A DNA stretch of 64,000 bases from Candidatus Palauibacter australiensis (GTDB taxonomy: Bacteria; Gemmatimonadota; Gemmatimonadetes; Palauibacterales; Palauibacteraceae): contig JAPPBA010000072.1 of assembly GCA_026705295.1 (NCBI GenBank), forward strand, positions 1,816 through 65,815, given 5' to 3'. This document shows positions 1 through 8,487 of the stretch, piece after piece. The notes beneath the pieces were generated by a model that saw only the letters and a program-made list of their open reading frames with translations, was not told where the DNA came from and ran no database searches. The stretch's first letter is position 1, and every line of letters begins with the position of its first letter. Made by a program: the position numbers and the translations under genes.

Positions 1-187
1 GTTCTCGCGGATGGAGTCCGCGAGTTCCGCGAGGCGGGCCGGATCGAAGTCGCTACGAGGCTGGAACGGATTCGCCTGGATGGCGTCGACCGGAATCTCC
101 GCCTCCGCCGCTGCGCGTTCCGTCCCGAGGTTTTCGCCCAACAGGGCCGCAAGCCCCTTGCCGAGACGGCGGTCGTTCCGGGGCAAC
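1..187 (-). CDS. parB: ParB/Spo0J chromosome partitioning protein, N-terminal part (gene continues beyond window start)
   Basis: Reverse-strand translation gives MPRNDRRLGKGLAALLGENLGTERAAAEAEIPVDAIQANPFQPRSDFDPARLAELADSIREN, a typical ParB N-terminus (RGLGKGLxALLG). Putative TTG start at 185-187 immediately after the parA stop. Confidence 0.8.
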
Positions 188-1066
188 CTACGGGCCCCTG
201 TGCCGGTCGATCAGTTCGCGAGCCAGGCTCAGGTATCCGCGGGCCCCACTCGACAGGACATCGTACAGAGCGATCGGCTCTCCAAAACTCGGGGCCTCGG
301 CGAGCCGAATGTTCCGCGGGATCATCGTATCGAAGACCTTGCCTCCGAAGTACTCACGCGCCTCGGCGGCCACCTGTTTGGCGAGGTTGAGGCGTGAATC
401 GTACATCGTCAGCAGCACCCCCTCGATCTCGAGTTCCGGGTTGATGCTGCGTTGCACCAGCCGCACGGTGTTCAGGAGCTGGCTAAGCCCTTCCAACGCA
501 TAGAACTCACACTGAATCGGGATGAGCACGGCGTCCGCAGCGGCCAGTGCGTTCAGCGTGAGGAGCCCGAGAGACGGCGGTGAGTCGATGAGGATATACT
601 CGAAGTCATCGCGGAGCGCCTCTATCTTCCGGCCGAGGATTCGCTGGCGATCCGATCGGTCGATCAGTTCAACTTCGGCGCCGGTCAGGTCCCGACTCGC
701 AGAGACCACGGAGAGGCACGGGAAGTGAACTTCCGGCCGCACGGCTGCCTGAAGGGGTTGTCCGTTTACGAGGCAGTCGTACACACTGGGTACACCTCCG
801 TCCTTGCGCAGCCCGAAGCCGGACGTCGCGTTCCCCTGCGGGTCGCAATCGATGACGAGCGTGTTGCGCTCCGCGATCGCCAGCGAGGCGCCCAGGTTGA
901 TCGCCGTGGTGGTCTTGCCGACCCCGCCCTTCTGATTTGCAATCGCGATCACCCGACCCAAATCAATCCACCCCTCGTTGATCGCCGCACCCGGCGACGT
1001 GAACGGACACGCACTGTAAGCATATGCCTCGTAACGAACTAATCCGGTGACGATCGAGCGCGACAA
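188..1066 (-). CDS. parA: ParA/Soj chromosome partitioning ATPase
   Basis: 292 aa ORF with deviant Walker A KGGVGKTTTAINLGASLA and overall ParA/MinD-family architecture. Located directly upstream of parB. Confidence 0.93.
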   Translation of the reverse strand: MSRSIVTGLVRYEAYAYSACPFTSPGAAINEGWIDLGRVIAIANQKGGVGKTTTAINLGASLAIAERNTLVIDCDPQGNATSGFGLRKDGGVPSVYDCLVNGQPLQAAVRPEVHFPCLSVVSASRDLTGAEVELIDRSDRQRILGRKIEALRDDFEYILIDSPPSLGLLTLNALAAADAVLIPIQCEFYALEGLSQLLNTVRLVQRSINPELEIEGVLLTMYDSRLNLAKQVAAEAREYFGGKVFDTMIPRNIRLAEAPSFGEPIALYDVLSSGARGYLSLARELIDRHRGP

Positions 1067-1200
1067 GAGGGGCGTCGCGCTGCTGAACGTCCGCTCCTGT
1101 GAGACTTCCCAAAATATATGGCGCTCTCGTGACGCGGGCGACTGCGTGTGGTGTCCGCTCTCGACGCCGACGCGCGGTATTGTCAGGCCCGCGGACCTGG

Positions 1201-1216
1201 TGTTTCACGTGAAACA
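1201..1216. promoter_or_regulatory. parS: parS centromere site (perfect 16-bp palindrome TGTTTCACGTGAAACA)
   Basis: Exact match to the canonical parS consensus tGTTTCACGTGAAACa, about 135 bp upstream of parA. Confidence 0.85.
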
Positions 1217-1267
1217 TCTGATGACGGTTGTGGACGAGCCCGGCCGTGCACGCCTGAACGAACGGGG

Positions 1268-1283
1268 CGTTTCACGTGAAACG
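1268..1283. promoter_or_regulatory. parS: Second parS site (CGTTTCACGTGAAACG; 14-bp core identical)
   Basis: Core GTTTCACGTGAAAC is identical to parS, 67 bp from the first site. Confidence 0.8.
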
Positions 1284-1309
1284 ATGGCCCGACATCGACG
1301 GTCTGCCTC

Positions 1310-2188
1310 TTGCAGGCACGCGCGCCGGAGAAGAGCTTCGTCCTCCACTTCGCCACGAGCCGGCTCCCGTGTCAACGGTGGTCACGAAGACCGAGCGGAA
1401 CTCCGACCGCCGGGGCTCGCAACGGCAACAACTTCGGGAGGCCGCCGATCTCCACGACGATCCCCGCGACCGATCGGCTGATCCTTGCGCTGGACGTTCC
1501 GACTGCCTCGGAAGCGCGACAAACCGTCGACGCGCTGGCCGATACCGTTTCCTTCTACAAGATCGGCCTGGAACTCTTCCTTTCGGGAGGATACTTCGAG
1601 CTGGCCGACTGGCTTCGCTCCAGAGACAAGAAGGTGTTTGCCGATCTCAAACTCTTCGATGTCCCTCAGACCGTCCGCTCCGCCGTCCGACAACTCCGAA
1701 CCCGGGACGTGGATTTCGTCACAGTGCACGGCAACGATGCGATCCTCCGTGCGGCCTGCGACGCCGCTGCGGGCGACCTTGGAATCCTGGCTGTGACGGT
1801 GCTAACGAGTCTCGACCGGGCGGACATGGAGGACCTTGGCTTTGAAGCCGACATCGGGGCCGTCGTCCTCTCCCGGGCCCGTCGGGCGGAGAGCATCGGC
1901 TGCGCCGGCGTCATCAGTTCCGGCCACGAGGCCGCTCGAGTTCGCCCTGCGGTTTCTCCCCGGTTTCGCATCGTCGTCCCCGGTATCCGCGCGGCGATGG
2001 ACGCCGGTACCGATGATCAGAAACGGACCGTGGATGTAGAGTCCGCCTTCGAGGCCGGGGCCGACTACATCGTCATGGGACGACCCATCCGCAACGCTCC
2101 GGATCCCGCGCAGGCGGCGGCGTCCGTTCAGGAGAGAATATCCGCCTGGTTTCGACACACATCCGGCGGCCCCGAACACTCGGCGTGA
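1310..2188 (+). CDS. pyrF: Orotidine 5'-phosphate decarboxylase (true start probably well downstream of 1310, near 1439-1475)
   Basis: Contains LILALDVPTASEARQTVDALADTVSFYKIGLELF...DLKLFDVPQTV, typical OMP decarboxylase motifs. The N-terminal 40-55 residues of the maximal ORF are Arg/Pro-rich and probably not translated. A GGGAGG at 1427-1432 precedes the conserved core. Confidence 0.85.
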   Translation: MQARAPEKSFVLHFATSRLPCQRWSRRPSGTPTAGARNGNNFGRPPISTTIPATDRLILALDVPTASEARQTVDALADTVSFYKIGLELFLSGGYFELADWLRSRDKKVFADLKLFDVPQTVRSAVRQLRTRDVDFVTVHGNDAILRAACDAAAGDLGILAVTVLTSLDRADMEDLGFEADIGAVVLSRARRAESIGCAGVISSGHEAARVRPAVSPRFRIVVPGIRAAMDAGTDDQKRTVDVESAFEAGADYIVMGRPIRNAPDPAQAAASVQERISAWFRHTSGGPEHSA

Positions 2189-2401
2189 ATACGCTAACTC
2201 ATTATATAACATAATATTACGGCACTTGCTGTCCCCGTGGCGGGCCGGCGTCTCGTTCCGTCTTTGATGCAGGGTTGAGACCCGGCCGCGATACTCGTTC
2301 GAGTTCCTTTTCTTCACCGTCCATGAAGCACGGGGCACCTTTTTTTCGTACGGGGGTACGGTCTATGTGCACCCAGTCTTGCCTACCGGAGCCGTGATGC
2401 A

Positions 2402-3199
2402 ATGATAGAGCTTCCCGATGTTGAGCGAATGATCGAGCGCATTGCCGGTTACACAACCGGCAAGACGATCTCCATAATCCGAATCGACGACCCCGAAGTC
2501 GCTTCCATCGAGCGCGATATCGTCGAGAATCATCTTGAGAACCACGCCGTGGATTCCGTTGAACGCCACGGTCGCTACGTCGTCCTCCGCTTCCGTTCCG
2601 ATTACAGCCTCATGTTCGACATGGGGGATGACGGCCTCCTGCGCCTCGAATCCCAGACCGCGCCTCCGACGGACCGAACTCGCATCCGGTTCCAGTTTGC
2701 GGCCGGCAGGGAACTCCGGTTCTCGTCGTCGGGCTCCCAGGGCACGGTTCAAGCCGTGGCGGGGAGCGAGTTCAACGAGAAGGGATCGCTCCAGAGCCTC
2801 GGGGTGGACCCGCTGAGCGACGACCTGACTCTTGCGCGCTTTGAGGCACTTGCGCAGCGGAATACGCGTTCCAGCATCAAGGGCTTTCTCCTCAACCAGA
2901 AGGCGATTGCCGGGATCGGCAACGACTATGCGGACGAAATCTGCTTCCAGGCCGGCGTACGTCCCGACCTTCGGGTCGCTCAGTTGGAGCCGGACCAGCT
3001 CGATCGGCTTCACCGCTACCTGAAGCGGGTCCTGAGGCGGGCCACGCTGCACTGGAGCGCCGCCCATTCCGATCCGGGGTGGCTGATCAACTCACGCTCG
3101 TCGGGCGGCTCGTGCCCGCGGTGCCGACATGCGTTGACCTCCCTCCGCGTGACCGGCCGGAAGACCATACTCTGCCCGAGGTGTCAGCGCGCCGCTTGA
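2402..3199 (+). CDS. Fpg/Nei-family DNA glycosylase homologue with non-canonical N-terminus (M-I-E-L-P instead of M-P-E-L-P)
   Basis: Aligns end to end with Fpg (MPELPEVE... H2TH ... C-terminal zinc finger CPRCRHALTSLRVTGRKTILCPRCQ). The nucleophilic Pro2 is replaced by Ile, and the Lys57-equivalent (RHGRYVV) is Arg. Confidence 0.85.
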   Translation: MIELPDVERMIERIAGYTTGKTISIIRIDDPEVASIERDIVENHLENHAVDSVERHGRYVVLRFRSDYSLMFDMGDDGLLRLESQTAPPTDRTRIRFQFAAGRELRFSSSGSQGTVQAVAGSEFNEKGSLQSLGVDPLSDDLTLARFEALAQRNTRSSIKGFLLNQKAIAGIGNDYADEICFQAGVRPDLRVAQLEPDQLDRLHRYLKRVLRRATLHWSAAHSDPGWLINSRSSGGSCPRCRHALTSLRVTGRKTILCPRCQRAA

Positions 3200-4077
3200 A
3201 GGTCGAGCGCATCGTGGACCGCGTCCGGGCCGTGCGTGTCTGGACGCTGCACGTGCGCGGCCTCGTGGCCTGCGTCCTCCTCCTGACGGCGCCCGTCACC
3301 GCGGTATGCCCTCTTGCCGGGCAGGGAGGCGGCGCCGCAATCGGAATCCGGGACGGAAACGGCCACCCTTTCCGCACGCCGGCGGGCTCCCCCCTCGAGC
3401 CCGTACATCGTCTCGCGCTGTTGAGCGCGACGCGCGATTCCCTCCGCGACGGCATTGCCCTCGCCGACATCGGTGACCGCCTCGGGTTCTGGATCCGGCG
3501 CGACCCCGACGGGGAGGTGGAGTACGCGGGAGCGATTCACGGAGGGGCGTTTTCCCGCTTCGACCTCGGAGGTCCGGATCAGGCGCTCATCGAAGTGCAC
3601 TACCGAATCGGAGTGCTTTTACGCGCGCGTTTCGGGGCGGTGGCGGCTCGTGCCGAACTCTATCATCTGAGCTCGCACCTCGGGGACGAGTTTCTCCTGG
3701 ACACCGGCGCCCGTCCCATCAGCACGAGCCGCGAGGGGTTGGAAGTCATGCTCCAGGGATCTCCGGTATCGGGCCTCACCGTCTACGGAGGTCCGGGAGT
3801 GCTGCTGCGCGCCACCCCCGACTTCGAACCCCTTTCGTTGCGCGCGGGCGCCGCCTGGGAGTCCGCACCCGGCGGGCGCGCGCGCTTTCACGCTTCGGTC
3901 GACTACTTCGGCTGGGCGGAACTGGCGTGGGAGCCCGCCATCGCGGCGGAAATCGGGGCCGCGCTGGCGCAAGGAACGCGGGTCGGATTGCTCCTCGGGT
4001 TCGGTCCTTCCCGTGCGGAGCAGTTCCTCCGGCAGTCCGAGCGCCTGATCGGGCTTGCCATCTCCCACGTACGGTGA
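3196..4077 (+). CDS. Hypothetical secreted protein (signal-peptide-like N-terminus); function unknown
   Basis: ORF in frame with 3079..4077. Putative TTG start at 3196 overlaps the fpg stop (TTGA). N-terminus MKVERIVDRVRAVRVWTLHVRGLVACVLLLTAPVTAV resembles a signal peptide. No family recognised by eye. Confidence 0.6.
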   Translation: MKVERIVDRVRAVRVWTLHVRGLVACVLLLTAPVTAVCPLAGQGGGAAIGIRDGNGHPFRTPAGSPLEPVHRLALLSATRDSLRDGIALADIGDRLGFWIRRDPDGEVEYAGAIHGGAFSRFDLGGPDQALIEVHYRIGVLLRARFGAVAARAELYHLSSHLGDEFLLDTGARPISTSREGLEVMLQGSPVSGLTVYGGPGVLLRATPDFEPLSLRAGAAWESAPGGRARFHASVDYFGWAELAWEPAIAAEIGAALAQGTRVGLLLGFGPSRAEQFLRQSERLIGLAISHVR

Positions 4078-4108
4078 CGGCGCGGCGCCTCGTTGGCGCG
4101 CCGCGGCG

Positions 4109-5830
4109 CTACTCCTGTTTCCGGGAGGGCGCCGGTTGCGCCTTTCTGCGTTCTCGCGAGAGGTACATCTGCTGCGGCAGCGACATGATGTTGGAGGCCG
4201 TGTAATACAGGTTCAACCCGGCCGCGAAGTTCGCGAAGAAGAACGTGAAGACGACCGGCAACACGTAGGATATCATCTTCATCTGCGCGTTCGTCTGCAT
4301 GCCCCGCTGCGTGATCCAGTTCAGCAGCAGCATCGATCCGCCCATCAGGACGGGCACGATGAAGAGGGGATCCCTGAGGGAGAGATCCGACAGCCACAGG
4401 AAGGGCACGCCGCGAAACTCGATCGTGTTCTGGAACACGAAGAACAGCGTGATCAGGATCGGGAGGGGCAGGAACATGGGCAGACAGCCGCCCAGCGGGT
4501 TGACCCCGTGTTCCCGAAAGAGCTTCACCTGCTCCTGCTGCAGGCGCTGCGGATCACCCTTGTACCGCTCCTGCAGCTTCTTGATCTCCGGCTGCAGCGC
4601 CATCTGCTTCATCTGCGCGCGTCCTGAGATGTGGAACAGCGGCGACAGGATGATCCGCGATCCGACGCCGAACAGGATCAGGACCCAGCCGTACGCCAGC
4701 GAGAACGACTCGTGCATCCAGATCAGGATCGCGACGATCAGGTTCCCGAACGGCCGGGTGAACCACCGGAGCCAGCGCCAGCCGACGGGGTTCACGTTGT
4801 GGAGTTCCTGCCCCACGGCCTGCAGCCGCGCGAAGTCCTGCGGCCCGATGTACGCGGCGTACTCGAAGCCGGTGCTGCCGGCGGGTACCGGCAGCGCGGC
4901 CTGCATCTCCGCCGCGTCCTCCTCGGGCACGCCCCGCAGCATTACGCCCCCGATGCCCGGCCCTCCCGGCGGCGCGACGACGGCGGCCAGCCAGTACTTC
5001 GATTTCGATGCGGCCCAACTGAACGGCCCGCCGGAGGCCGGCCTCGCCTCGCCGTCGTCCACGCGGTCCAGCCGCTCGGCCGCAATCTGGCCGGAGCGGC
5101 TCCGGGTGACGAGCGACATCGCCGCCTGGTCCTCCCGGGGTACGGCCTCGTTTCGCTCGATCCCGCGACCGAGGCCCACGAGAACGACGTGCCCCACGTC
5201 CCCCAGGCCGCGCAGCCCGCCGCTTACGTCGATCCGGTAATCGTCCGGGTGGAAGCGATACGAGACATCGAAGGTGACCTCGCCGATCGCGGCCTCGAAA
5301 CGCAGTTCCGCGGGCCCATCCCTCACCTCCAGCGCGGATGTCGACGCAGTGAAGGCGATCGAGCCGAGCGAAACCGTGTCGCCCCGCAGCGTGAGCGCGT
5401 ACGTCAGGATCGAGTCGTCGGGCCGCACCAGTTCGACATTGCGGCCGCCATGCCCGCCCTCGGCGAAGTTCTGGTGCGCGAGCATCGTCGCGCCCACGAG
5501 TCGCGCGCCCCGCGTGTCGAACCGGTACTCGTACAGTTCCGATCGGACCATGACGATCGCGCTCGCGCGCGCCGCGGGAGCGGCTTCCTCCGTCTCCTCC
5601 GCTTCGGCGGGTGTCGCCTCGGCTTCGGCCAGAACCGCCGCCACGTCCCGAGCGGCCCTTTCCTCGGCGGAAAGACGGCTTATCTCGTCCGCCACGTCCG
5701 TGGCTTCCGGTGTCTCCACGCTGTCGGCCGACACCGGTTCAAGCGGTCTTTCGGTCGGCGGAAAGAACACGTTCGAGAGGATCATCACGCCGACCATCAG
5801 CGCGATGGCCAGGAGCAGACGGCGTTCCAT
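4109..5830 (-). CDS. yidC: Membrane protein insertase YidC
   Basis: 573 aa. N-terminal TM segment, a large periplasmic domain and a C-terminal 5-TM core; the tail YYTASNIMSLPQQMYLSRERRK is typical of YidC/Oxa1. Synteny with yidD-rnpA-rpmH. Confidence 0.93.
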   Translation of the reverse strand: MERRLLLAIALMVGVMILSNVFFPPTERPLEPVSADSVETPEATDVADEISRLSAEERAARDVAAVLAEAEATPAEAEETEEAAPAARASAIVMVRSELYEYRFDTRGARLVGATMLAHQNFAEGGHGGRNVELVRPDDSILTYALTLRGDTVSLGSIAFTASTSALEVRDGPAELRFEAAIGEVTFDVSYRFHPDDYRIDVSGGLRGLGDVGHVVLVGLGRGIERNEAVPREDQAAMSLVTRSRSGQIAAERLDRVDDGEARPASGGPFSWAASKSKYWLAAVVAPPGGPGIGGVMLRGVPEEDAAEMQAALPVPAGSTGFEYAAYIGPQDFARLQAVGQELHNVNPVGWRWLRWFTRPFGNLIVAILIWMHESFSLAYGWVLILFGVGSRIILSPLFHISGRAQMKQMALQPEIKKLQERYKGDPQRLQQEQVKLFREHGVNPLGGCLPMFLPLPILITLFFVFQNTIEFRGVPFLWLSDLSLRDPLFIVPVLMGGSMLLLNWITQRGMQTNAQMKMISYVLPVVFTFFFANFAAGLNLYYTASNIMSLPQQMYLSRERRKAQPAPSRKQE

Positions 5831-6052
5831 TCAGCGCTTCCGGGCGGGAACCGGGTCGTAGCCGCACGACCCGAACGGATGACAGCGAAGCAGGCGCCGA
5901 ACGCACAGCCAGCTCCCCCGGGCGGCGCCGAATCGCCGCACCGCGGTCAACGCGTACTCCGAACAACTCGGTTCGTACCTGCAGGCGGGCGGCAACCAGG
6001 GAGAAACGACGAGCTGGTAGCCGCGAATCGCTCCGATGATCATTCTGCGCAT
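5831..6052 (-). CDS. yidD: Membrane protein insertion efficiency factor YidD
   Basis: 73 aa; IRGYQLVVSPWLPPACRYEPSCSEYALTAVRRFG matches the YidD/hemolytic-domain family. Confidence 0.9.
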   Translation of the reverse strand: MRRMIIGAIRGYQLVVSPWLPPACRYEPSCSEYALTAVRRFGAARGSWLCVRRLLRCHPFGSCGYDPVPARKR

Positions 6053-6444
6053 ACGGTCTCCAGCGAGTCCATCAACGTCACTCGAAGCCTCTGGTACGAG
6101 GCGTCATAGGCGGCCGGTTTCGCTCTCACGACCAGGTCCAGCTCGAGCCGGCGGGTCTCAAGGGCAGGCAAAATGTGGATGCGGGCGATCTCGGTCAGAC
6201 GCCGGCGTACGAGATTTCGCGCGACCGCGCCGCGCCCGTGGCGAGGCGTCACGACTCCGACTCTGGAGCGGCCCGAGGGCGACGGCGCGAAGAACACGTC
6301 CACGATGCGATCCCGGCGGCAACGGCCCGTACGGATGGTCCGGCGAATCTCCCGCGCTGTGCGCAGCCGAGCCGCGCGGGGCCGTCGAAAGCCCCCCGGG
6401 GGAGGCCCGCTAGCGGCTTCGTCGCTTGCGACGGAACGCGTCAC
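6040..6444 (-). CDS. rnpA: Ribonuclease P protein component (true start probably downstream of the maximal ORF start)
   Basis: Basic 134 aa protein with RNase P protein-like core ([27 protein letters not shown]). Synteny rpmH-rnpA-yidD-yidC. Confidence 0.88.
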   Translation of the reverse strand: MTRSVASDEAASGPPPGGFRRPRAARLRTAREIRRTIRTGRCRRDRIVDVFFAPSPSGRSRVGVVTPRHGRGAVARNLVRRRLTEIARIHILPALETRRLELDLVVRAKPAAYDASYQRLRVTLMDSLETVCAE

Positions 6445-6583
6445 TGACGGTGAGCCGACGTCGACCCTTCCTTCTGCGGCGCGACAGCGTGCGGCGGCCC
6501 GCCTTCGTCTTCATACGCGCTCGGAATCCATGATCGCGAACGCGCTTCCTGTTGGTTGGCTTGCTGTATGTGGGCTTCCCCAT
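6410..6583 (-). CDS. rpmH: 50S ribosomal protein L34, with apparent C-terminal extension
   Basis: Reverse-strand ORF not in the supplied track (under 60 aa): [57 protein letters not shown]. The first 47 residues match the L34 consensus (...RTHGFRARM...GRRVL..RR.KGRKRLTV). The ORF runs about 11 aa past the usual RLTV end and overlaps the maximal rnpA ORF. Confidence 0.8.
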   Translation of the reverse strand: MGKPTYSKPTNRKRVRDHGFRARMKTKAGRRTLSRRRRKGRRRLTVSDAFRRKRRSR

Positions 6584-6638
6584 CTCACATCACCCGAGGC
6601 TTTCCGGTCATTTCACAGGCTTTCGAGGCCAGCCCGGA

Positions 6639-6667
6639 AGTCTAGACCTGATGCGGGATAGTGTCAA
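6639..6667 (-). promoter_or_regulatory. Putative sigma-70 promoter for rpmH-rnpA-yidD-yidC (-35 TTGACA, 17 bp spacer, -10 TAGACT)
   Basis: Reverse complement of 6639-6667 reads TTGACActatcccgcatcaggtcTAGACT, about 55 bp upstream of the rpmH ATG. Confidence 0.5.
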
Positions 6668-6744
6668 TTCAGCCCGTCGGTGCCGGAGCCCGCACCGCCC
6701 TCCTGCCGACGAGGCGCACCGCCCGTCGCGAGGCGTTTCCGTTC

Positions 6745-6774
6745 GTTGACACTCGCCAGCGGATTCGCCTAAGA
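6745..6774 (+). promoter_or_regulatory. Putative sigma-70 promoter for dnaA (-35 TTGACA, 18 bp spacer, -10 TAAGAT)
   Basis: TTGACActcgccagcggattcgccTAAGAT, about 50 bp upstream of the probable dnaA ATG at 6823 and divergent from the rpmH promoter. Confidence 0.5.
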
Positions 6775-6822
6775 TCAGGACCCCTATCCCACCGCCTTTT
6801 TCCTCATGCCGGCGCGCCACGG

Positions 6823-8205
6823 ATGGAGCTGACTGCACACGAGGCCTGGATCAAGATTCGCGCATCTGCGAAGCTCGTGCTCCCGGAGCAGACCTATCGC
6901 ACCTGGCTCGGATCGACCGAGGCCGTTTCTCTCTCGGACGATACGCTCGTCGTTTCCGCCCCGACGAGGTTTGCGGTGGAGTGGGTCGAGGATAAGTACG
7001 GGACTCTCCTCCGGGACATCTCCGAGCGAGAGCTCGGTGCGAGGCTCCGACTCCGTTTCGAACACAAGGGAGCCGAGGAGCGCCTCGACTTCCCGGAAAT
7101 CACGGAACCCTACCCCGGCGACCCGGGTCATGCGCTGGCTTCGCGGACGCCGAATCGCGGCGGCCTTCCGGCAGCCGCGGCGCTGAACGAACGCTACACC
7201 TTTGCGCGCTTCGTTATCGGCGGCAGCAACGAACTCGCCGCCGCGGCATCCGATCGTGTGGCCGCCGCTCCGGCTACGACGTACAACCCCCTCTTCATCT
7301 GGGGCGGCACCGGCCTCGGCAAGACCCACCTCATGCATGCCATCGGAAACACGATTCTCGACCGGCTCCCGGATTGCCAGGTCGCCTACGTCCCCTCCGA
7401 GCAGTTCACCAACGAGATGATCGATGCAATCCGGACCGGGCAGACCGCGCTGTTCCGCGAGCGCTATCGCCGTATCGACGTTCTCCTCATCGACGACGTC
7501 CACTTCATCGCCAACAAGGAAGGGACGCAGGAGGAGTTCTTCCACACGTTCAACGCGCTCTACGACGCCAAGAAACAGATCGTCATCACGAGCGACCGGC
7601 CCCCGCAGGACATCCCCGGGCTCCAGGAACGTCTCGTTTCCCGTTTCGAGTGGGGCCTCGTCACCGACATCCAGCCCCCCGACCTGGAGACACGTTCCGC
7701 CATCCTGCGCAAGAAGGCCGATGAGGACGGAATCGAAATCGGCGACGACGTCATCGAGTACGTGGCGCGGAGTCGGCGTACCTCCGTCCGGCAACTCGAG
7801 GGGGCCCTCATCAAGCTTCTCGCCTTCAGCTCGCTCACTCGACGCGAGATCTCACTCGACATGGCGCGCGACGCCCTCGGGCCCGAGGGCAGCGAGGCCG
7901 ACGAGCAGGTGATCGAAGTGTCCGCCGAGGAGGTCCGTGCCCACATCGCCGCCTCCTGGGGCGTCTCCGTAGAGGCACTCATGTCGAAAAGGCGGAAGCG
8001 GACGGTGACCGTTCCGCGACAGGTCGCGATGTACCTCATCAAGACACATCTCGACCTGCCCTACTCCGACATCGGCCACCTCTTCGGCGGCAGGAATCAC
8101 TCGACCGTCATCCACTCCGTCAACAAGGTCGAGGCGGACATGGCATCGGATCCCGCGCTTCGCGGCCGCGTCGGCCAGCTGCAGCAAGAGCTGTTTCGAA
8201 CGTGA
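6823..8205 (+). CDS. dnaA: Chromosomal replication initiator protein DnaA
   Basis: AAA+ Walker A GGTGLGKTHLMHAIGN, sensor motifs and the C-terminal DNA-binding domain (VAMYLIKTHLDLPYSDIGHLFGGRNHSTVIHS). The maximal ORF starts at 6661, but MELTAHEAWIKI... at 6823 is the likely start. Confidence 0.93.
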   Translation: MELTAHEAWIKIRASAKLVLPEQTYRTWLGSTEAVSLSDDTLVVSAPTRFAVEWVEDKYGTLLRDISERELGARLRLRFEHKGAEERLDFPEITEPYPGDPGHALASRTPNRGGLPAAAALNERYTFARFVIGGSNELAAAASDRVAAAPATTYNPLFIWGGTGLGKTHLMHAIGNTILDRLPDCQVAYVPSEQFTNEMIDAIRTGQTALFRERYRRIDVLLIDDVHFIANKEGTQEEFFHTFNALYDAKKQIVITSDRPPQDIPGLQERLVSRFEWGLVTDIQPPDLETRSAILRKKADEDGIEIGDDVIEYVARSRRTSVRQLEGALIKLLAFSSLTRREISLDMARDALGPEGSEADEQVIEVSAEEVRAHIAASWGVSVEALMSKRRKRTVTVPRQVAMYLIKTHLDLPYSDIGHLFGGRNHSTVIHSVNKVEADMASDPALRGRVGQLQQELFRT

Positions 8206-8487
8206 TATCACGTTCGTCCATTACCCTGTGCAAAACCGGATGAAGACTTGCTCCCCACGCACACCAGTGGGCGCATGCTCTTCGTGGCGGCGCCGATGTT
8301 TCGCCGGAGCTTCGACACCCGTGTCCGCGTGTCGACAGCGGGCGCAGCGTCCGAGCCCGCAAGAAACGCGGGGAACCCCGACGTTTCGACACTTCGACAG
8401 GCTCTACTACTACTCCGTTGATACATATATCATACGCAACCGTAGAACCCACGGTGGAAAACCCGAACCGATACCGCCGGAGTTGAA

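Noticed and set aside
11-397. 128-aa plus-strand ORF at the window start
   Set aside because: Antisense to the parB N-terminus and the parA 3' end; no motifs.
8206-8487. Searched for canonical DnaA boxes (TTATCCACA) and CRISPR-like or other interspersed repeats across the window
   Set aside because: No perfect DnaA box and no repeat-spacer array were seen by eye. The only tandem repeat found is the coding GDET repeat in tatA. The oriC assignment is therefore kept tentative.
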